From the NCBI GenBank assembly GCA_001899385.1, contig MOYB01000006.1:3832-38761 (forward strand): a stretch of DNA of 34,930 nucleotides, given 5' to 3'. Source of the stretch: Candidatus Caenarcanum bioreactoricola. GTDB lineage: Bacteria > Cyanobacteriota > Vampirovibrionia > Caenarcaniphilales > Caenarcanaceae. The notes beneath the pieces are model-generated. The model was not told the origin of the DNA and searched no databases. It saw only the letters and a program-made list of their open reading frames with translations. Below, piece after piece: positions 28,442 to 34,930 of the stretch. Numbering within the stretch: position 1 is the first letter of the stretch; every line of letters begins with the position of its first letter. Both the position numbers and the translations under genes were made by a program.

Positions 28442-29167
28442 ATGAAGACTAATTATTACATTGAAGATTTTTGGGCAAAGGTATATTTCCCTAATGAAGA
28501 GGTAGGATTTTTACCTATAAAGATTCTTGTTTACAATGATGATAATGTAAGTCTTTTGTGTAAGCGTCCTTTTCAAAAATCAATTTTTAATTTTATAAAT
28601 AAACCAATTCCAGAGAAGACAGAAATACATTTTGCTTTTCATAGTGGTAAGATTTTTGAATTATGGTCAGCTAAAATAAGTAAATTCTTAGGCTTTAGAG
28701 AGGGCTTAGACGAATATAAATTATACGATTTACGTTTACAGACAGAGGCTTCATTAAGAAAACATGAAAGATTTTTAGTTAAAATTCCTTTGAAATTAAA
28801 ACTTAATTTAGATTCAGATCTTAATAAAGAAATAAAATATATTTTTAAATTTTCAGGATGTGAATTAAGTCATACAGGTATAGGTTTATGGATTCCATTA
28901 GAACACGAAAACAAAATACTACAAGATTTTAAATACAAATTAACTTTTGAACCATTAGAAATAGAACCTTTTGATTTAACAGCTATATGTGTAAGACAAC
29001 ATATTAATGATATTTTATCTAAAGGTTTTAAAATAGGATTTTCTTTTGCAAATTTAAACGGGAATAACAAATTAGCAAATTTCAGAATAGATCAACTTAT
29101 TGAAGCTAGGGGTAAAAATAAGAAATCTAATTTAAAAGAATTTTGGGAAGGAGAAATTAAATTATAA
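28442..29167 (+). CDS. PilZ-domain protein (putative c-di-GMP receptor)
   Basis: RKHERF (RxxxR), ELSHTG (variant of D/NxSxxG) and KIGFSF, preceded by an N-terminal domain. Confidence 0.75.
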   Translation: MKTNYYIEDFWAKVYFPNEEVGFLPIKILVYNDDNVSLLCKRPFQKSIFNFINKPIPEKTEIHFAFHSGKIFELWSAKISKFLGFREGLDEYKLYDLRLQTEASLRKHERFLVKIPLKLKLNLDSDLNKEIKYIFKFSGCELSHTGIGLWIPLEHENKILQDFKYKLTFEPLEIEPFDLTAICVRQHINDILSKGFKIGFSFANLNGNNKLANFRIDQLIEARGKNKKSNLKEFWEGEIKL

Positions 29168-29222
29168 ATTCCAATAAAATATGAGTTATAATTTATATAT
29201 TATATAGAAAAATTAATATATT

Positions 29223-29552
29223 ATGAATATACAAAATGTACAAAGAATTACTTTTAAAGCAGCAAGACCTAGTAGATTTACTAGATATTTTGTTGTTCCT
29301 CTTTCAATAGCTACTGTAGCATTAAGTGGGTGTGGAAGGCCGGCAGAATCAACAAATAAAAATTATCAACAACCAACATCAAGACCAAATGCAGCATCAA
29401 ATATAATAAAAGAAACACCAAAACCAACACCAACACCAGAAATTCAAAAATATCTTGATCTTATTCCAGAAAATCGCGCCTTACAGGGACTTAATGGCCG
29501 TGGGGCTGAAAATGTTAATAGAAACGTACTAGAAAACTGGCCGGGACAATAA
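29223..29552 (+). CDS. Small putative lipoprotein
   Basis: Hydrophobic stretch ending in lipobox LSGC, followed by a Pro/Thr linker (TPKPTPTP). Confidence 0.65.
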   Translation: MNIQNVQRITFKAARPSRFTRYFVVPLSIATVALSGCGRPAESTNKNYQQPTSRPNAASNIIKETPKPTPTPEIQKYLDLIPENRALQGLNGRGAENVNRNVLENWPGQ

Positions 29553-29587
29553 ATTTTTTAAATTAGTTATTATTCGTAAATTTTAAG

Positions 29588-30523
29588 ATGTCCAAAAATA
29601 TAAAAAAATTTATTAGTGTTAAAGATTTAGATTTTAATTTTATTGAAAAAATATTTTATTTAGCATCTAACTTTAAAAAAGAAAGTTTAAATTTTAATTT
29701 TGAAAAAGAAATAATTTCTCTTTTATTTTATGAAAACAGTACAAGAACAAAAAAGAGTTTTCAAATAGCTGCAGAAAATTTAAAATGTAAAATCATTGAT
29801 TTTGAAATAAAAACTTCTTCTATACAAAAAGGAGAAAACTTAAAAGATACAATACAAACACTTCTAAACTTAGGAAGTCGTATATTTGTAATAAGACATT
29901 CTATTTCACAAATTTATAAATCTTTAATTAAAGAATTTGAAGAAGAAAATATATATATTATAAATGCAGGAGATGGTAGTAATGAACATCCTAGTCAAGC
30001 ACTCTTAGATTTATTTACTTTATATGAAGATGTAGGCGGATTCAAAGAATTAAAAAATAAAAATCTTGTTATTATAGGAGATTGCTTACATAGTAGAGTT
30101 GCTAGATCTAACATTTATTTGCTGAAAAAGTTTGGAATTAATGTTTCTCTTGTAGGTCCTAGGGCTTTAATACCATCATGTTTTGAGGAGTTAGATGTTA
30201 AAATCTTTCATAATTTAAAAGAAGGATTATCTAAAGCAGATTTTATAATGGTTTTGCGTCTTCAAAAAGAAAGACAAGAACATAGCTTTCTTAATAATAT
30301 AAATGAATATATAAAAAACTTTGGAATTAATGAAGAAAATCTTAAAGCTAATGAAATAAATATTAAAAACATAAAAATATTACATCCAGGTCCTGTAAAT
30401 CGTGATGTTGAACTTTCTTCAGAATATATGGATAATAAAAATATTTCTTTAATTAATCAACAAGCTAAAAATGGTTTATTTATAAGAATGGCTTTATTAT
30501 ATGATTTTTTAAATCAACTTTAA
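29588..30523 (+). CDS. pyrB: Aspartate carbamoyltransferase catalytic subunit
   Basis: FYENSTRT, INAGDG..EHPSQALLD, HSRVARSN, LRLQKER, HPGPVNR. Confidence 0.96.
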   Translation: MSKNIKKFISVKDLDFNFIEKIFYLASNFKKESLNFNFEKEIISLLFYENSTRTKKSFQIAAENLKCKIIDFEIKTSSIQKGENLKDTIQTLLNLGSRIFVIRHSISQIYKSLIKEFEEENIYIINAGDGSNEHPSQALLDLFTLYEDVGGFKELKNKNLVIIGDCLHSRVARSNIYLLKKFGINVSLVGPRALIPSCFEELDVKIFHNLKEGLSKADFIMVLRLQKERQEHSFLNNINEYIKNFGINEENLKANEINIKNIKILHPGPVNRDVELSSEYMDNKNISLINQQAKNGLFIRMALLYDFLNQL

Positions 30524-31675
30524 ATATTTTTGACTTTCTATTATTAAATCTTGAGTATTAGAAACATTTTTAACTTTTAAATTAGGTTCAATACCTTTTA
30601 AATCTATTTCATTGTTTAATGGTGAACTAAATTTATTTATAGTTATATGAATAGAAGTATTGTTTGGTAAATAACTAATTTTTTGTATTGAAGCTTTACC
30701 AAAACTTTTTTCTCCTATTATAAAAGCTCTTTTATTCTCTTTTAAAGCAATTGTTAAAATCTCTGCTGAGCTTGCTGTTTTCTTATCTATAAAAATTATA
30801 ATAGGTTTTTCATATAATATTTGTTCTTTTGCTTGAATCTTATAAATAACTTTTTTAGTTTTTATTTTAATTATAGTGCCTTTAGATAAGAACATATCAG
30901 AGATTTTTATACCATTTGTTAAAAGTCCGCCTCCATTACCTCTTAAATCTAAAATAAGTGCTTTACTTTTTAAACTTTCTTGACTCTGTAATATATCATG
31001 AAACTCTTCAGGCATTTCTTTTGAAAGAAAATCAGAAATCCTAATATAAAAAATAGAATTATTAAGCATTTTAGTTTTTATAGAAGAAATTTTTAATGTT
31101 TTAGCATTTAATTTCTTTGAATAAAATAAAAATCCTTGTCTTTTCAAATTAAGTAAAACAGATTTTTCTTGAGGTCTTTCAACCATAGAAATAATATCTT
31201 CTTCACTTAAAATAGAGATAGGAGTATTATTTATTGAAATTATTATATCGCCTGCTTTAATAGTAGCTTCATCTGCTGGAGAATTTTTAATTATAGATTT
31301 TATAATTTGTGGATTTATAGGGTCAACTATTATTCCAAAACTTAAAGAAGAAGTTTCCTTAATTTTATTTTCTTGAGTTTTTGTTTCAATAGGATCTAAA
31401 ACTTTAGTGAATGGATCATTTAGTTCTTTTAATAAACAATTAATTGCTAAATATTCTTTAGGTAAAAATTTTGAACAGTTATTTATATTTTTTTGATTTA
31501 ATATTTTATTAATTTTAGTTGAATCATAATATTCAGATTTTAAATACTCTATAGAGGTTTTATAAATAGGAAACTCATTTAAATTTTGTGAAATTTCCTT
31601 GTTCTGAGCATTACATTGCATTAAAAGAAATAATAAAATGCTGATTAAAAGACTAAATACAAAATTTTTTTTCAT
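30509..31675 (-). CDS. S41 family C-terminal processing peptidase with PDZ domain (CtpA/Prc-like)
   Basis: LNDPFT, SPADEA.IKAGD, LDLRGNGGG, TASSAEI, GEKSFGK; ATG at 31675 (MKKNFVF..., signal peptide) preferred over TTG at 31705. Confidence 0.92.
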   Translation of the reverse strand: MKKNFVFSLLISILLFLLMQCNAQNKEISQNLNEFPIYKTSIEYLKSEYYDSTKINKILNQKNINNCSKFLPKEYLAINCLLKELNDPFTKVLDPIETKTQENKIKETSSLSFGIIVDPINPQIIKSIIKNSPADEATIKAGDIIISINNTPISILSEEDIISMVERPQEKSVLLNLKRQGFLFYSKKLNAKTLKISSIKTKMLNNSIFYIRISDFLSKEMPEEFHDILQSQESLKSKALILDLRGNGGGLLTNGIKISDMFLSKGTIIKIKTKKVIYKIQAKEQILYEKPIIIFIDKKTASSAEILTIALKENKRAFIIGEKSFGKASIQKISYLPNNTSIHITINKFSSPLNNEIDLKGIEPNLKVKNVSNTQDLIIESQKYLKLI

Positions 31676-31699
31676 TTTGAGTATAAATATGATATTATA

Positions 31700-31727
31700 T
31701 TGCAATTAAAAGTATTTTAATTATACT
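31700..31727 (+). promoter_or_regulatory. Possible sigma70 promoter TTGCAA-N16-TATACT for the SprT-like/zupT pair
   Basis: Hexamers at 31700..31705 and 31722..31727; SD-like AAGGGAG precedes ATG 31757. Confidence 0.45.
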
Positions 31728-31756
31728 TTAAAAATTTTTATTTAAGGGAGTGAATA

Positions 31757-32182
31757 ATGAGAGTCAATCTTGAACTAAAAGAAAAAGAATATGAACAATT
31801 AACAGATAGTGAAAAGAAAAAACAGACAAGACTTTGTGATTCGTTTCTTTCAAATTTATTTATAGTAATAAATCAAACACATTTCAATAATGAAATAATG
31901 CATTGTCGGGTTAAATGGTCAGATCGTATTGGTTCAGGCAAACATTGTCATAAATTATCAGATTTTACTATTTTTGAAGATAAAAGTTTTGCTCCTGTAA
32001 TTAGACTTTCAAAGAATTTTTTATTAGAAAAAGATATAGATAAAATTTCTCAAAGTTTATTTTATGCAATGATTCATATTTGGTTATGGGTAAAGAAAAA
32101 ACCTTGGGGACATACAAAAGAATTTTATGAAAAAACAAAAGATTTTAATTTTGGACTTATAAAAGAAATTCTCACTTTATAA
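31757..32182 (+). CDS. SprT-like domain protein with degenerate metalloprotease motif
   Basis: INQTHFNN, VKWSDR, IRLS, LFYAMIH (for LxHEMxH) and GHTKEF (for GHxxxF). Confidence 0.75.
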   Translation: MRVNLELKEKEYEQLTDSEKKKQTRLCDSFLSNLFIVINQTHFNNEIMHCRVKWSDRIGSGKHCHKLSDFTIFEDKSFAPVIRLSKNFLLEKDIDKISQSLFYAMIHIWLWVKKKPWGHTKEFYEKTKDFNFGLIKEILTL

Positions 32183-32196
32183 TATTTTTATAATAT

Positions 32197-32982
32197 ATGA
32201 TGGATAATAATGTTCTAAACGCAATCTTGTTAAGTTTTTTAGCTGGAATGTCTACTGTTATAGGTGGACTAATTGCTTTTATTGTTAAAAAAAAAGATTA
32301 TTGGTTTTTATCTTTATGTTTAGGTTTTTCAGCAGGAGTAATGCTTTATGTTTCTTTTATGGAAATATTGCCTGATGCTGAAAAACTTTTATTTGCTTCT
32401 CATAATAAACTTTATGCTTCGATAATTTTTTTAAGTTCTTTTCTTTTTGGTATTTTAATAACTGCTTTAATAGATAAATTTATACCAGATCATTTAGATG
32501 CAGATATTATAAAAAATGAAGTAAATCAACTTACAAGATTTAAAAAAGTAGGTTTGTTAGTTACTTTAGCAGTAGCTATTCATAATTTTCCTGAAGGATT
32601 AGCAACTTTTATGAGTGCTTTAAACAATCCTACCTGGGGAATCTCAATAGCAATAGCAATAGCTCTTCATAATATTCCTGAAGGTATTTCTATTTCTTTG
32701 CCTGTTTATTATGCAACAAATAGTAAAAGAAAAGCTTTATTTTATTCTTTTGTTTCAGGGATTACTGAACCTTTAGGTGCAATAATAGGATTTATTTTTT
32801 TAAGATCATTTTTAAATAATACTTTTTTTGGAATTATAATGGCTTTTGTTGCTGGAATTATGATTTATATTGCTCTTGATGAATTAATTCCACTTTCTAA
32901 AGAATATTCTAATGACCATTATTCTATATTGGGTGTAGTAATTGGAATGTTTATTATGGCAATTACTTTAATTATTTTATAA
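32197..32982 (+). CDS. zupT: ZIP family zinc transporter ZupT
   Basis: GFSAGVMLYVSFMEI, IHNFPEG, LHNIPEG, VAGIMIYIALDELIP. Confidence 0.95.
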   Translation: MMDNNVLNAILLSFLAGMSTVIGGLIAFIVKKKDYWFLSLCLGFSAGVMLYVSFMEILPDAEKLLFASHNKLYASIIFLSSFLFGILITALIDKFIPDHLDADIIKNEVNQLTRFKKVGLLVTLAVAIHNFPEGLATFMSALNNPTWGISIAIAIALHNIPEGISISLPVYYATNSKRKALFYSFVSGITEPLGAIIGFIFLRSFLNNTFFGIIMAFVAGIMIYIALDELIPLSKEYSNDHYSILGVVIGMFIMAITLIIL

Positions 32983-33006
32983 AAAACAATTATTATAAAA
33001 ATAGTG

Positions 33007-33015
33007 TGCTATAAT
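33007..33015 (+). promoter_or_regulatory. Extended -10 promoter TGCTATAAT for the RRM gene
   Basis: Perfect TGnTATAAT about 120 nt upstream of ATG 33134. Confidence 0.65.
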
Positions 33016-33021
33016 AATTGT

Positions 33022-33127
33022 TTGACAATTTTAGAAATAAGATTGTTCTCAAGTATTCTTAGTAGCATTAGCATCTTTTCGGTAAATGTTTTCTAATAGG
33101 ACTTGAGTGAAATTTATTGTTAAGGAG
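33022..33127 (+). ncRNA. Putative structured cis-regulatory 5' leader
   Basis: Nested inverted repeats: TTGACAAT/ATTGTTAA, CTCAAGT/ACTTGAG, TTAG/CTAA, AGCATT/AATGTT; the outer stem abuts the SD AAGGAG at 33122..33127. Confidence 0.5.
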
Positions 33128-33133
33128 CTAAAA

Positions 33134-33523
33134 ATGAGTAAAAAATTATTTATAGGAAATTTAAGTTATAATGCTACTGAAGAAGAACTTAATGATCTTT
33201 TTGCACGCTTTGGAGAAATCAACTCTGTAAAAATAGTGAAAGATTTTGAAAGCGGAAAAAGTAAAGGATTTGGTTTTATTGAAATGGCAAATGAAGCAGA
33301 AGCAAATGTTGCTATTCAGAACTTAAATGGCTATGAATACAAAGGTAGAGCTTTAAAACTTTCCGAAGCAAAAGAAAATTCTAATGGAAACAGAAGAAGT
33401 AGCGGTGGCGGCGGTGGTTTTAGCAGAGGCGGAAGCAGCGGCGGTGGCGGCGGAAGTTTCAGCAGAGGCGGAAATAGAAATAGTAGCGGCGGTGGCGGCG
33501 GAAGAGGAAGAAGTAGTTATTAA
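33134..33523 (+). CDS. RRM-domain RNA-binding protein with Gly/Arg-rich tail (Rbp-like)
   Basis: RNP2 LFIGNL and RNP1 KGFGFIEM; ATG at 33134 follows SD AAGGAG and is preferred over GTG at 33107. Confidence 0.95.
   Translation: MSKKLFIGNLSYNATEEELNDLFARFGEINSVKIVKDFESGKSKGFGFIEMANEAEANVAIQNLNGYEYKGRALKLSEAKENSNGNRRSSGGGGGFSRGGSSGGGGGSFSRGGNRNSSGGGGGRGRSSY
33398..33510 (+). repeat. GC-rich imperfect repeats encoding SSGGGGG(F/SF)SRGG
   Basis: Three agcggyggyggcgg blocks and two agcagaggcggaa blocks. Confidence 0.8.
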
Positions 33524-33551
33524 TAACTAATTATTTTTCTTTTTATTAATT

Positions 33552-33591
33552 AATACTCCTTTTTCTTAAATGAAGAGGGAGTATTTTTTTT
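33552..33591 (+). terminator. Intrinsic terminator after the RRM gene
   Basis: 14-bp stem AATACTCCTTTTTC/GAAGAGGGAGTATT (two G-U pairs), 6-nt loop, following T-run. Confidence 0.85.
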
Positions 33592-33667
33592 ATAATTCTT
33601 AATTAGCTTATTAACTTTTAAATTTAATAAATTAGTATAATATTTAAATCTTATTTAATTAAATTCA

Positions 33668-34774
33668 ATGTTTTTAGCCGTTTTAATAGCAATTGCAATA
33701 TTATTTCTTATAATTTTAGTTCATGAATTAGGGCATTTTATTTCAGCAAGACTTTTTGGAATGAAAACCCCTGTTGTTGGTTTAGGCTTACCTTTTTGGG
33801 GTCCAACTTGGATAATATTTAAAACAAAAAATATTGAATTTAGGCTACATCCTGTTTTATTAGGTGCTTATGTAGCTATACCAGAAATGGATGATGAAAG
33901 TGCTAAAGAATTTGAAGAACAATTTGCTATTGAATTAGGAGAAAAAAGAGAATTTCCTATGTGGCAAAAGATTATAGTATCTGCAGCTGGTTCTTTGGCA
34001 AATATAATTTTTGCATTATTATTAACTTTTATTTTAATTTTTAGTTCAGGAAAGCCAGTAGAAAGAATCATGATTTCTACTATTGAAAATAATGCTTCTC
34101 AAGAAATCAAAGAAAATTTCAAAGCAGCTGATTTAATAATACAAATTCAAGATAAAAAGATTTTAAAATCTGAGGATTTAATAAATATTTTAGGAAAAAA
34201 CAAAGGAAAACAAGTTAATGTAATAATTGAAAGAGAAAATAAATTAATAAATTTAAATTTAAAAGTTAATGAAGAAGGGCGTTTTGGAATTAGCATTTCA
34301 TCCTTAGCACAATTCAAAAAAGATAATACAAATTTTATTCAAAATATAAAATATTCTTTTGAACAATTTGCAAATTATTTTGCTTTTTGTTTTTCAATGA
34401 TAAAAAAAATAATTATATCTCCATTTTTACATTTAACAGGGCAAGGTAAATCCGCAGTACAAATCAAAGAATTAAGTGGCATAATAAAAGTAACTGAAAT
34501 GCTTGCAAAGATAGTACAAGAAGGTTTTCCTTATGCAATTCAACTTTGGGCAGTATTTTCTATATATATAGGACTTTTTAATTTAATTCCTCTTTTACCT
34601 TTAGATGGAGGACATATTTTATTTCAAATTATAGAGATTTTTACTGGACGTTCTAAAATAGAAAAAATAAGAGAATATACTGCTCAAATTGGTTTAACTT
34701 TATGTTTAATGCTTGTAGTTATAGTTACACTTAACGATTTAGGTATTTGGAAGCTTATAGATAAGTTTTTCTAA
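33668..34774 (+). CDS. rseP: Site-2 intramembrane metalloprotease RseP (M50) with PDZ domain
   Basis: VHELGH, AAGSLAN, PDZ segment, NLIPLLPLDGG. Confidence 0.93.
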   Translation: MFLAVLIAIAILFLIILVHELGHFISARLFGMKTPVVGLGLPFWGPTWIIFKTKNIEFRLHPVLLGAYVAIPEMDDESAKEFEEQFAIELGEKREFPMWQKIIVSAAGSLANIIFALLLTFILIFSSGKPVERIMISTIENNASQEIKENFKAADLIIQIQDKKILKSEDLINILGKNKGKQVNVIIERENKLINLNLKVNEEGRFGISISSLAQFKKDNTNFIQNIKYSFEQFANYFAFCFSMIKKIIISPFLHLTGQGKSAVQIKELSGIIKVTEMLAKIVQEGFPYAIQLWAVFSIYIGLFNLIPLLPLDGGHILFQIIEIFTGRSKIEKIREYTAQIGLTLCLMLVVIVTLNDLGIWKLIDKFF

Positions 34775-34800
34775 AAAAACGACATTCTCCCCGTCGATAA
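34772..34800 (+). promoter_or_regulatory. Possible sigma28-type promoter (TAAAAAAA...GTCGATAA) for a gene beyond the window
   Basis: GTCGATAA at 34793..34800 is 7/8 to GCCGATAA; spacing from TAAA is 17 rather than the usual 15; no downstream gene visible. Confidence 0.25.
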
Positions 34801-34930
34801 GTAGTGAAGTATCTTTAGGATTTTTTAATAATTCTTTTTTTAAATTATTTCAACATATTTTTAATATAACAGAGAAATCTACATAAAATTTGCTATTATA
34901 TATTATAAGAAGATTAATAGAATATTTTTA

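Noticed and set aside
2740-34071. Short ORFs 2740..2922, 5763..5969, 12213..12521, 14587..14826, 17331..17519, 18451..18720, 21819..22016, 22626..22835, 26124..26333, 28870..29070, 33868..34071
   Set aside because: All lie antisense to well-supported genes and show no motifs or plausible protein composition.
34740-34850. Short minus-strand reading frame (..PKDTSLLIDGENVVFLEK..) and CGAC/GTCG mini-hairpin after rseP
   Set aside because: The frame is closed upstream by TGA with no ATG start; the 4-bp stem is too weak for a terminator.
1-34930. tRNA/rRNA genes or an alternative genetic code
   Set aside because: No intergenic region has the GC content or structure of a tRNA/rRNA; TGA and TAG end conserved genes at expected lengths.

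Overview
Very AT-rich (visually about 25% GC), densely coding bacterial chromosomal window in standard code 11. The cyanobacterial-style dcd, tyrA and RRM protein together with a flagellar fliH suggest a non-photosynthetic relative of Cyanobacteria such as Vampirovibrionia/Melainabacteria; this is inference and was not tested. Most of the window is shuffled housekeeping genes (ftsH, ubiE/menG, dcd, tyrA, argJ, rarA, pyrB, ctpA-like, zupT, rseP) plus two paralogous RTX/cadherin-like/beta-propeller adhesins. The standout is at 558-4409. Three intact siphophage-type tail genes (a very short 255-aa tape measure protein, a T5 pb9-like distal tail protein and a hub-like protein) sit among host genes with no capsid, integrase or lysis genes. 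They are split by an oppositely oriented ABC-ATPase + TOPRIM (PARIS-like) gene pair. Each tail segment has its own copy of a shared 18-bp extended -10 type motif (15/18 identical) at nearly the same distance from the start codon. This pattern fits a domesticated, dispersed but co-regulated GTA-like or tailocin-like system better than a decaying prophage. Other points of interest are two apparent zincin pseudo-proteases, hypervariable propeller loops in the large adhesin, and a structured 5' leader on the RRM gene. All family assignments come from motif recognition by eye; no database searches were run.
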